From NCBI GenBank assembly GCA_039588255.1, contig JBDHAF010000014.1:469-64468 (forward strand): a DNA stretch of 64,000 bases, written 5' to 3'. The notes under the pieces are model-generated. The model saw only the letters and a list, made by a program, of their open reading frames with translations. It had not been told where the DNA came from and made no database searches. Shown here piece by piece: positions 48,202-55,738 of the stretch. How positions within the stretch are numbered: the first letter of the stretch is position 1; each line of letters starts with the position of its first letter. This DNA comes from Gemmatimonadota bacterium (lineage in GTDB: Bacteria; Gemmatimonadota; Gemmatimonadetes; Gemmatimonadales; GWC2-71-9). The position numbers were made by a program, and so were the translations under genes.

Positions 48202-48474
48202 CTAGCGGCTCCACTCGGTTGCGGCAGTCGGTGGCGATCCCGACTCCACCGTTCTCGTCTCGACCACCAACTCCAGCCCCAACCCATGGAGCACCTTGAG
48301 GACCGTGTGAATGCTCGCGTGCCGTCGGCCGTGCTCGAGCTCGATCAAGAAACGCCGACCGATGCCCAAGAACCCGGCGGCCTCGGTGAGGGTGAGCCCC
48401 GCCTCGGCGCGTCGGGCGCGGATGAGCTTGCCCAGATCTGTGGGGTTTTGGATAGACCAACGTGTCGCAGTCAC
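48202..48474 (-). CDS. hipB: HipB-type XRE-family antitoxin / repressor
   Basis: HTH region LGKLIRARRAEAGLTLTEAAGFLGIGRRFLIELEHGRR. The GTG at 48474, preceded by GGAG at 5-nt spacing, gives 90 aa. The track ORF (TTG at 48531) would place an operator palindrome inside the coding region. Confidence 0.8.
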   Translation of the reverse strand: MTATRWSIQNPTDLGKLIRARRAEAGLTLTEAAGFLGIGRRFLIELEHGRRHASIHTVLKVLHGLGLELVVETRTVESGSPPTAATEWSR

Positions 48475-48487
48475 CGTATCTCCAAAT

Positions 48488-48605
48488 AGTTCCCTAAAAG
48501 GAACTATAACCCTTTCGGCCGAGCTCATCAAGCGAATAGTTCCCTATAAGGAACTAGCTCGATGGTGAGTGCCGATGGTAGTCAATTAGTTCCCTATAGG
48601 GAACT
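48488..48605. promoter_or_regulatory. three phased AGTTCC-N6-GGAACT palindromes (putative HipB operators)
   Basis: The palindromes are agttccctaaaaggaact (48488-48505), agttccctataaggaact (48538-48555) and agttccctatagggaact (48588-48605). Their centres are exactly 50 bp apart, immediately upstream of hipB. Confidence 0.6.
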
Positions 48606-48652
48606 CTGACGGTGTCGGTATTCGACGCCACGGCTTGCACCTTGAAGTCGCA

Positions 48653-48702
48653 CGATATATCTTACTCGATATATCGACACGACATATCGCACCGATATAT
48701 CG
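48653..48702. promoter_or_regulatory. array of four CGATATATCG-type palindromes upstream of padR (putative operator)
   Basis: The four sites are cgatatatc (48653), tcgatatatcga (48666-48677), cgacatatcg (48680-48689) and cgatatatcg (48693-48702), spaced 13-14 bp apart. They are followed by AGGAGG and the ATG at 48727. Confidence 0.5.
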
Positions 48703-48726
48703 TCTAGTGGAGAATAGGAGGTTCAC

Positions 48727-49272
48727 ATGAATTACCGAGGAGATTTTTGGTTCGGATTCGATCCCTGCGATTGGGGCCGGGGTCGGCGGCGGGGGAGGCA
48801 CCGTGGTCGTCGCCAATGGTTCGGATCCGGCGATATGAAGTACGTGATACTCAAGCTCCTCAGAGACAAGCCGATGCACGGCTATGAGGTTATGAAGGCC
48901 TTGGAGGACCAGACCCACGGCTGGTACAGGCCGTCACCGGGCACGGTCTATCCGACGCTGCAGTGGCTCGAGGATGAGGGGCTGGTCGAGTGCGAGGAAC
49001 GGGACGGGAAAAAGGTCTACACCATCACCGACGCCGGGCGAGAATTTCTCGACGAGAACAAGTCCAGCGTGGAGGACATCTTCGACCGCATCGACGAGAT
49101 GATCGACCGCTTCGTCGGCAATCCGATGCCGGACGTCAATCGCGCCGTCGGCAAGCTGGTGGCGCAGGCGTACCGGAGCTCGTGGCAGCTGCGGGACGAC
49201 GCGGAAAAGCGCAAGAGAATTGCGGAGGTACTCGAAGAGGCGCTGAAGGAGTTGGAGGCGCTGGCGACCTGA
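48727..49272 (+). CDS. PadR-family transcriptional regulator with an Arg/Gly-rich N-terminal tail
   Basis: Winged-helix core YVILKLLRDKPMHGYEVMKALEDQTHGWYRPSPGTVYPTLQWLEDEGLV. There is a strong SD (AGGAGG) 6 nt upstream of the ATG. Confidence 0.88.
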   Translation: MNYRGDFWFGFDPCDWGRGRRRGRHRGRRQWFGSGDMKYVILKLLRDKPMHGYEVMKALEDQTHGWYRPSPGTVYPTLQWLEDEGLVECEERDGKKVYTITDAGREFLDENKSSVEDIFDRIDEMIDRFVGNPMPDVNRAVGKLVAQAYRSSWQLRDDAEKRKRIAEVLEEALKELEALAT

Positions 49273-49286
49273 GCCGAAACTGCGAA

Positions 49287-49307
49287 GGGGGAGGCCTGAC
49301 CTCCCCC
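49287..49307. terminator. hairpin between convergent padR and the FAD-subunit gene (possible terminator)
   Basis: gggggagg-cctga-cctccccc. There is no clear U-tract. Confidence 0.3.
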
Positions 49308-49315
49308 CCAACGCA

Positions 49316-50311
49316 TCACGCCTCTCGGTGTCGGGCACGCAATTCCTCGAGCGCACCCTTCACATAGTTGCGAGTCATTTCCTTACGCCACGCCAACCCG
49401 AAGTCCGTGTTGTCCATCGGCTTCGCGGGTTTGAACGCCGCCTGTGCGGCCGCAGCAATGGCGTCGTCGTTCAGGTCGCTGTCGATGATCGCCTCCCCCG
49501 CTGCGGAAACGAGCTTCGGCAAACTCGCGACGCCGCCCAGCACGATGCGTGCGTCTTGCACAGTGTCACCGTCCCATGCGACCCACGCCGCAACCCCCAA
49601 CACGGGGAAATCGAACGACCCTCTCCGGCGCAGTTTCCAGTAGGTGGCGTCCCATCCGTTTGTCGCGGGGAGCCGTACGTCGGCGAGGATTTCGTCACGC
49701 TGCTTCGTGAGATACTCGATCCCGTCGTCGTTGTAGAAACCGCTGGCGGCCACCTGTCTCTCTCCGCCGGGGCCGACGAGGGTGTATTGGGCGTCGAGTG
49801 CTGCCATCACTGGAGCCAGATCCGTCGAGGAAACTGCCCAGCACCGTGGACTGCTCGGCGCAACCCAACATACGTCGCCGTCCTTCTTCATACAGAAGTC
49901 GATGCACTTACGCCACTCGTAGGACTGGTTGTAGTAGTTGCAGCGAGTGTCCAAACAGAGGTTGCCGCCTACGGTCCCCATGTTGCGCAGCAACGGTGTC
50001 GCAATCAGCTTGGCGGCCCTCGTGACGACCGGATAGTGCTGCGCGAGCGCCGCGTGGGTTTCGACTTCGCTCAACGTAACTCCGGCACCGATCGCAGCGC
50101 CTTCACCGGCGTTCAAAGTCACGTGGCGCAGGTCGTCCAGGCCGTTGAGGGAGATGACCGTCTTCGGCTCCTGGTGCCGCCGCTTCATGTTGGGATACAG
50201 GTCCGTGCCGCCGGCCACGTACATCCCGTCGGGACCCGCGTCGGCCTTCATCCGGAGCGCCTCGTCGATCGACGTGGGTTGGAGGTACGTGAACCGCGGG
50301 AGCCTAAGCAT
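49316..50311 (-). CDS. molybdenum hydroxylase FAD-binding (medium) subunit with a Cys-rich insertion
   Basis: Start at the internal ATG (MLRLPRFTYLQPTSIDEAL). Contains the FAD-binding motif AGGTDLYP. The insertion is CLDTRCNYYNQSYEWRKCIDFCMKKDGDVCWVAPSSPRCWAV. The 113 codons upstream in the track ORF are read-through of the repeat region. Confidence 0.88.
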   Translation of the reverse strand: MLRLPRFTYLQPTSIDEALRMKADAGPDGMYVAGGTDLYPNMKRRHQEPKTVISLNGLDDLRHVTLNAGEGAAIGAGVTLSEVETHAALAQHYPVVTRAAKLIATPLLRNMGTVGGNLCLDTRCNYYNQSYEWRKCIDFCMKKDGDVCWVAPSSPRCWAVSSTDLAPVMAALDAQYTLVGPGGERQVAASGFYNDDGIEYLTKQRDEILADVRLPATNGWDATYWKLRRRGSFDFPVLGVAAWVAWDGDTVQDARIVLGGVASLPKLVSAAGEAIIDSDLNDDAIAAAAQAAFKPAKPMDNTDFGLAWRKEMTRNYVKGALEELRARHREA

Positions 50312-50671
50312 CCGGGGACCTCGTTCCACGGTCTCGGCGTGCACAGGGTGCCGACAAGTCCCGCGGCGCGCGTTGGTGCAGCGCACGGGACGTGGGGTGG
50401 GCGGTGCGGGGGCGCCAACCGCAGCGCGCCCAAGGGAATGTCGGCATTCTGTGCAGACGACGCAGATCAAGGCGCATGTGAGGGCGAAGCGTTCCGGTCG
50501 TCCCGCAGCGCGCGTCAGTGCAGCGCTTTGGGTGTGGGGCCGGAGGTGCGGGGGCGCCAACGGCAGCGCGCGCCAGGGACGACCAGGATGCGAGGCCACT
50601 CCTGCAGCGAACTGCAGCGCGCGAATAGGACGACCGGAATGCGAAGCCAACGTTGGTCGAGACGGTCGGCA
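50312..50671. repeat. GC-rich repeat cluster of the same family as 19718-20100, inside the molybdoenzyme operon
   Basis: ggtgcgggggcgccaac(c/g)gcagcgcgc occurs at 50403-50430 and 50545-50574 (142-bp period). The core aaccgcagcgcgcc is the reverse complement of ggcgcgctgcggtt at 19756-19769 and 20056-20069. There are several further GCAGCGCGC copies. Confidence 0.7.
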
Positions 50672-53122
50672 TCAGTGCTGCCTCTCCGGCGGCACCGCGG
50701 TCACCGCCTCCTCGCGCTTGAAGGCTTTGCCGTCCCCCCCCTCCGCGGGTGTGGGGACCCGCGTCGGCTCCGGCCACGCGATTTCGGGGAACGACGTCGG
50801 CCCGTACCGTGCCTCTTTCCCCTTGGCTTTCTGCTTGAGCGCGTGGTGCACCTTCTCCGGCATGATCGGCACCTCGTCGATGCGCACGCCCACCGCATCG
50901 TACACGGCGTTCGCCACGGCCGGCGCCACCGGGAGGAGCGGACCTTGACCCACCTCCTTCGCCCCAAACGGACCGTTGGGATCGGGATCGCTGATGAGGT
51001 AGGTCTCCACGTCGCACATCTCGAGCGTGGTCGGGCTCTTGTACTCGAGCATGCTGGGGATTTTGTGCACGACGCGCCGATTCTCCCGGTATGCCATGTC
51101 CTCCATCAGCGCTTCGCCGAGCCCCATGTAGATGCTCCCCTCCACCTGTCCCATCACCGCGGTGGGATTGATGCACCGGCCGATGTCGTGCGCCACCCAG
51201 ATCTTGGGAACCGACACGATACCCGATTCGAGATCAACGTAGACTTCCGCCACCGCCGCGCTGTACGAGTACGCCGGCGACGGCCCGACCCCAGCGCCCC
51301 GGTAGCGGCCGGCGCTCTTGGGAGGCGTGTAGGACCCCACCGTGCCGATGGTCCCGAGGGCCGCCTCGGCGGCTTGAACGGCCTCTGCGAAGCTCATCCC
51401 CCGCTCGGGATCCTCGGTGTCGAACACGCGCGACTCGGCGAACACAAGCCGGTCTCGCGGCACATCGAGCTTCGTGGCCACTTCGGGCGCAATCATGTCG
51501 CGTGCGCGCTCCGCAGCCTGCAGTGCCGCATTGCCGGACATGAGCGTAACACGGCTGGAATAGCTCCCGAGATCGACCGGCGTCAGATCGGTATCAGCGG
51601 TCACGACGCGAATCTCGAAGGGGTCAACGCCCAGCACCTCGGCCACGATATATGCCAGAATGGAGTCTGAGCCCTGTCCGATGTCCGTGGACCCGCAGAG
51701 CACGGTCACCCCGCCGCCGCGGTCACATTTCAGCTGCACGCCCGAGTGGGGCATGTTGTTCCAATAGATCGGAAGCCCCGCCCCGCTGAGATAGCTGGAG
51801 CACGCCAGGCCAACGCCACGGCCCTCGGGGAGCTTGCGGAATTTGTCTTTCCATCCGGAGCCGGCGACCACCTTGTTGATGCAGGCACCCAGTCCGATGG
51901 ATCCGACTCGTAAATAGTTCGCCGTGAGGGAGTTGGGGGGAACGAGGTGTCGCAATCGGATCTCCGCTGGATCCAGCTTCAACTGCTCGGCGAGCTTGTC
52001 CATCTGCACTTCCACGGCGAAGCGGGGCTGCGGAGTGCCATGCCCGCGCTTGGGTCCACACGGCGGCTTGTTCGTGAACGCGCGTGCGCCCTGAAACTTG
52101 TACCGATCGATCTGATAAGTGACGGTTTGCAGGGCGCCCGTGTAGTACGTGCTTGCGACACCGTAGGAGCCGTACCCGCCGCCATCGAGTGCGGTCCGGA
52201 AGTGCATCGCCGTAATGTGCCCGTCCTTGGTCACTCCCGTCTTGGCCCACATGAGTGTCGGGTGGCGGCCCCGGTGGCAGTAGAACACTTCCTCTCGAGT
52301 CAACGTGATCTTCACTGGTCGACCGGTCTTCATCGCTAACTTCGCGGTGACGAGCTCGTGGTTGAACGGATCGCTCTTGCCGCCGAAGCCGCCGCCGTTG
52401 GGACAGGCGATGACGCGAATCCGGGAAGCCGGCATGTCCAGCACCCTCGCCAACGCGCGGTGCACGTAGTGGGGTGTCTGGGTCGCGCTCCAGAGGGTCA
52501 GTTTGTGGTCGGCGGAGTAGCTGGCGACCGACGCATGCTGCTCCATGGCGAGGTGCGTGCTTCCCCCATAGAAAAACAGGTCCTCGCGCACCACGTCCGC
52601 TTCCGCAAATCCGTCCTCCACGTCGCCGAACTCGAGATCGATGAGCTTGTGGAGATTGCCGCTGTCACCGTAATCGTGAATGAGCGGCTCCGAACGCTCG
52701 ACGGCCTGGTCGATGGACGCGATGGTCTCGAGCTGCTCGTACTCCACGTCGATGTGATCGAGGGCCGCGGTCGCGATGTCCTCGGAGATCGCTGCAACGG
52801 CGGCTACGGGGTCACCAACGAACCTAACAGTATCCGGCGTGAGTGCATGCTCGTCCTGGCTGACGGGGAGAATGCCGAACGGTGTGGGAAGCTCGCTTCC
52901 GACGAGTACCGCCTTGACCCCGGGCAATTGCTCCGCGCGCGACGTATTGATGTGGACGATGCGAGCGTGCGGGTGGGGACTGCGAAGGAGCTTGCCATAG
53001 AGCATCCGTGGCAGGTGCAGATCGTCGGCGAACCGTGTCTGGCCGGTGACCTTGTCGACCGCATCGACCTTGCGCTGCGGTCTGCCCACGACACGGAACG
53101 CGTCACCGTTAACGGTGGCCAT
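50672..53122 (-). CDS. molybdenum hydroxylase large (molybdopterin-binding) subunit, xanthine dehydrogenase family
   Basis: 816 aa from the ATG at 53122 (MATVNGDAFRVVGRPQRKVDAVDKVTGQTRFADD). Shows aldehyde oxidase/XDH a/b-hammerhead and Moco domains. The track start at 53158 is a GTG. Confidence 0.92.
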   Translation of the reverse strand: MATVNGDAFRVVGRPQRKVDAVDKVTGQTRFADDLHLPRMLYGKLLRSPHPHARIVHINTSRAEQLPGVKAVLVGSELPTPFGILPVSQDEHALTPDTVRFVGDPVAAVAAISEDIATAALDHIDVEYEQLETIASIDQAVERSEPLIHDYGDSGNLHKLIDLEFGDVEDGFAEADVVREDLFFYGGSTHLAMEQHASVASYSADHKLTLWSATQTPHYVHRALARVLDMPASRIRVIACPNGGGFGGKSDPFNHELVTAKLAMKTGRPVKITLTREEVFYCHRGRHPTLMWAKTGVTKDGHITAMHFRTALDGGGYGSYGVASTYYTGALQTVTYQIDRYKFQGARAFTNKPPCGPKRGHGTPQPRFAVEVQMDKLAEQLKLDPAEIRLRHLVPPNSLTANYLRVGSIGLGACINKVVAGSGWKDKFRKLPEGRGVGLACSSYLSGAGLPIYWNNMPHSGVQLKCDRGGGVTVLCGSTDIGQGSDSILAYIVAEVLGVDPFEIRVVTADTDLTPVDLGSYSSRVTLMSGNAALQAAERARDMIAPEVATKLDVPRDRLVFAESRVFDTEDPERGMSFAEAVQAAEAALGTIGTVGSYTPPKSAGRYRGAGVGPSPAYSYSAAVAEVYVDLESGIVSVPKIWVAHDIGRCINPTAVMGQVEGSIYMGLGEALMEDMAYRENRRVVHKIPSMLEYKSPTTLEMCDVETYLISDPDPNGPFGAKEVGQGPLLPVAPAVANAVYDAVGVRIDEVPIMPEKVHHALKQKAKGKEARYGPTSFPEIAWPEPTRVPTPAEGGDGKAFKREEAVTAVPPERQH

Positions 53123-53648
53123 ACATAGCCTCGTTGCTTGGCTCCGCGGGCTCGCCACGCATACGAGCCGCCGCGAGTTCGACGGCTTCGTAGATCTTGA
53201 TATAGCCGGTGCAGCGGCAGAGGTTGCCGGCGAGGGCCTGCTTGATCTCGTCCCGTGACGGCGACGGGTTTTCTTTGAGCAGGGCCTCGGCGGTCAGGAG
53301 GAAGCCCGGTGTGCAATAGCCACACTGGGCCGCTCCCAGATCGGCGAACGCCTCCTGAAGCGGGTGGAGGTCGGGGCCTTCGGCCATTCCCTCCACCGTT
53401 TCCACCGACCGACCCGCACAGTCGACGCCGAGTACTAGGCACGACAGCACCGGCCGGTCGTCCAACAGCACGGCGCACGTGCCGCATTCGCCGAGCTCGC
53501 ACCCGTGCTTGGTACCGGCCAGTCCGAGGTCCTCCCGGAGTACCTCCAACAACGTTCTGTGTGGTGCAAACGCGACTTCGGTGTGCTCGCCGTTGACGGT
53601 GAGCGAGATGTGGACCTTTTCGGCGTGTTTATTTGAGCTGATCGCCAA
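53109..53648 (-). CDS. molybdenum hydroxylase small subunit (two [2Fe-2S] clusters)
   Basis: Contains CELGECGTCAV (plant-type cluster) and CGYCTPG ... CRCTGY (second cluster). TTG start. Confidence 0.92.
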   Translation of the reverse strand: MAISSNKHAEKVHISLTVNGEHTEVAFAPHRTLLEVLREDLGLAGTKHGCELGECGTCAVLLDDRPVLSCLVLGVDCAGRSVETVEGMAEGPDLHPLQEAFADLGAAQCGYCTPGFLLTAEALLKENPSPSRDEIKQALAGNLCRCTGYIKIYEAVELAAARMRGEPAEPSNEAMYGHR

Positions 53649-53868
53649 AAAAGAACTCCTCTGTCTTCTCCGTGAGAAACCGCTTCGCTGTCGAGTCCAA
53701 CAGGTTCAGGGCGTAATGATTGATGATGGCTGTCTGCTCCTTCAGCCATTCCTGCCAACAGCTCTGACATATGGTGTCATAGATGCGGGCCCCGAGGTCG
53801 GTTGGGAGCGGTGGTGCCGGCAGTCCGTCGTCGGTACGGCTGCAGCGGGCGCACGTGAGTTGACTCAT
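53629..53868 (-). CDS. yggX: YggX-like Fe(2+)-trafficking / oxidative-damage protection protein
   Basis: 79 aa. The pattern C..C.R...GL..PP.P..LG.RIY..I....W.EW...QT..IN...LN matches my memory of E. coli YggX. It overlaps the start of the [2Fe-2S] subunit gene by 20 nt. Confidence 0.75.
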   Translation of the reverse strand: MSQLTCARCSRTDDGLPAPPLPTDLGARIYDTICQSCWQEWLKEQTAIINHYALNLLDSTAKRFLTEKTEEFFFGDQLK

Positions 53869-53921
53869 GAAGACAATTTAACCTTGCGGTGATACCGGCG
53901 CGACGTCAGCTTTGGCGCTCC

Positions 53922-54200
53922 ATGATGTCCAGCGAAACGCCCTTCGGACTGTGTGACGCGTGTCGCCACAGCCGGAAGGTGAGTAATAGGCAGGGATCGA
54001 CATTTGTGCTGTGTCGGTGGTCGGTGACAGATCCGAGCTACCCGAAGTACCCCCATGTGCCGGTCGTCCGGTGTCCCGGACATGTGGCCGGTCCGGCGCG
54101 ACAGGGCTCTCGTCAAGACCCGAGTGGAGGCGATGATGGACGTACCGATGACGGAAGAGATGGTGGAAGCGTTGAAGGGGACGCCGGAGATTCCGGATAA
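53922..54200 (+). CDS. small Cys-rich (putative zinc-binding) protein
   Basis: MMSSETPFGLCDACRHSRKVSNRQGSTFVLCRWSVTDPSYPKYPHVPVVRCPGH, then a low-complexity tail. It resembles a conserved small hypothetical family I have seen, without a name. The 3' end overlaps the next gene in another frame. Confidence 0.4.
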   Translation: MMSSETPFGLCDACRHSRKVSNRQGSTFVLCRWSVTDPSYPKYPHVPVVRCPGHVAGPARQGSRQDPSGGDDGRTDDGRDGGSVEGDAGDSG

Positions 54201-54399
54201 CCTCCTCGCCTGTTTGGAGAACGCCCAGGTCGAGGACACGATGTTCAGGGTCCCGCTCGATGACGACGAGCGCATGGCGATGACGGAGATGTGCGAGTGG
54301 TCCGTGCGGACGGATCCCGACACCGGCGAGCTGACCGAACAGGGGCGCCTGTTCGAGAGCATCATTCAAGCGATTATCGACGCCGATTTGGCTCAATGA
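54133..54399 (+). CDS. small highly acidic hypothetical protein
   Basis: 88 aa from the internal ATG (MMDVPMTEEMVEALKG...), rich in D/E. Its stop overlaps the next start (ATGA). Confidence 0.45.
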   Translation: MMDVPMTEEMVEALKGTPEIPDNLLACLENAQVEDTMFRVPLDDDERMAMTEMCEWSVRTDPDTGELTEQGRLFESIIQAIIDADLAQ

Positions 54400-54854
54400 G
54401 ACGGAAGGACGGAACGATGCGATTACTCTGCGCTCTCCTGCTGATCTTCACGACGACGCCTGCGTTGGCGCAGGAAAAGGAACACATTCGCATGCCGGGT
54501 TCGTTGGAGGGGCTGCCGTTCTCCACGGCGGTCCGTGTGGGCAACATGCTCTACCTGTCCGGACAGATTGGCACCGCTCCAGGGTCGGGGCTGGTATCGG
54601 GTGGGGTGGGACCCGAGACGCGGCAAACCATGGAAAACATCAGGGCGACGTTGGAGTACGCCGGGAGTTCCCTGGAGCGAGTGGTGAAGTGCACCGTCTT
54701 CCTGAGGGACATCGCGAATTATGCGGCGATGAACGAAGTGTACGCCTCGTTCTTTCCGGAGAATCCGCCGGCTCGCTCGACGGTGGCAGGCTCCGGGCTG
54801 GCGCTGAACGCGTTGGTGGAGATCGAGTGCATGGCGTTGACGGGGAGCGACTAG
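54396..54854 (+). CDS. RidA/YjgF/UK114-family protein with a signal peptide
   Basis: Signal peptide MRLLCALLLIFTTTPALAQ, then LYLSGQIG ... VKCTVFL ... PARSTV ... VEIECMA (RidA-family core). Confidence 0.85.
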   Translation: MRRKDGTMRLLCALLLIFTTTPALAQEKEHIRMPGSLEGLPFSTAVRVGNMLYLSGQIGTAPGSGLVSGGVGPETRQTMENIRATLEYAGSSLERVVKCTVFLRDIANYAAMNEVYASFFPENPPARSTVAGSGLALNALVEIECMALTGSD

Positions 54855-54860
54855 CGGATC

Positions 54861-55718
54861 TTACACTACGGTGACTCCCCGGTCACTCACGGCGGGGGTA
54901 AGCGGAGTTGCTGGATTGTCGTTTCGCTGCAATGCCTCGACCATCGATTCGGCCACGACGGCGGCAGCCTCCCGCGACGCAAACGCCAGCAACGTAGATC
55001 CCGATCCGGAAATCGTGACGCCGTGCGCTCCGGCGTCGCACCCCGCCTGCAGTGCATCGTCGAATCCGGGGATCAGCCCCTTGCGGTGCTCGACGGCCAG
55101 CTGATCCTGCATGCCATAGGCGATCAGCGCGCCATCTCCTGACGCCAACCCGGCAACCAGAGCCGCCGCCCGGGCGGCCTGCTCCACTGCAACCTGCTGC
55201 GACACCTGCTCCGGTAGCAGGGCCCGCGCGGCTTCCGTTTCCACCGGACGGTCCGGTATGGCCAGCGCGATGGCGACGTCGGCGTGCAGGGCGAGACGGC
55301 TCGGGGCGTGCGCGGCGAGAATGAGGCCGCCAAACACGGCCGGCCCGGCGTTGTCGGGGTGACCCTCCAGCTGGGCGGTGCGACGAAACACGTCGTCGGT
55401 GTCGACGGCGTCGCCGCGGGCCAATTGCTCGAGGGCAAGCGCCGCCACCCAACCCGCCGCCGAAGAACCCAAGCCACGACCCACAGGGATATCCGATTGG
55501 ACCCGCAGCTGGTATTCGGCGGTAGTGCCGCTGGCCGCAAGATGCGTATGAATGACGTCGGCGTCCGGTGAGATATCGGCGAGGGCGCCGCCATACTTGG
55601 GAACGCCGCGACCGGGAGTGAGGCTCGCCTCTAGCCAGATGTCAACGGCCAGGCCCAAACAGTCGAACCCGGCCCCGAGGTTGGAAGTCGAGGCGGGCAC
55701 ACGCACTGTGAGAGTCAT
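54861..55718 (-). CDS. thrB: homoserine kinase
   Basis: Start at the internal ATG (MTLTVRVPASTSNLGAGFDCLG). Has the GHMP kinase motif GRGLGSSAAG. The upstream part of the track ORF is a spurious extension. Confidence 0.88.
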   Translation of the reverse strand: MTLTVRVPASTSNLGAGFDCLGLAVDIWLEASLTPGRGVPKYGGALADISPDADVIHTHLAASGTTAEYQLRVQSDIPVGRGLGSSAAGWVAALALEQLARGDAVDTDDVFRRTAQLEGHPDNAGPAVFGGLILAAHAPSRLALHADVAIALAIPDRPVETEAARALLPEQVSQQVAVEQAARAAALVAGLASGDGALIAYGMQDQLAVEHRKGLIPGFDDALQAGCDAGAHGVTISGSGSTLLAFASREAAAVVAESMVEALQRNDNPATPLTPAVSDRGVTVV

Positions 55719-55738
55719 GTGGGCGCCTACCCTTTCCC

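Noticed and set aside
46959-49272. Possibility that hipBA-padR is part of a mobile or genomic island.
   Set aside because: I noticed no flanking direct repeats, tRNA, integrase or transposase, and no compositional break beyond the short AT-richer operator regions. The flanking genes look like ordinary chromosomal genes.
50312-50650. N-terminal 113 codons of the 444-aa track ORF (MASHSGRPIRALQFAAG...).
   Set aside because: This part is a translation of the GC-rich repeat cluster, and the amino-acid sequence itself is repetitive. The canonical FAD-subunit N-terminus (MLRLPRFTYLQP) begins at the internal ATG at 50311.
53865-54396. Two minus-strand ORFs (166 and 172 aa) opposite the small plus-strand genes.
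   Set aside because: They overlap each other and the plus-strand ORFs and have Ser/Arg/His-rich composition without motifs. The plus-strand reading gives a recognisable Cys-rich protein and ATGA coupling to the RidA gene.
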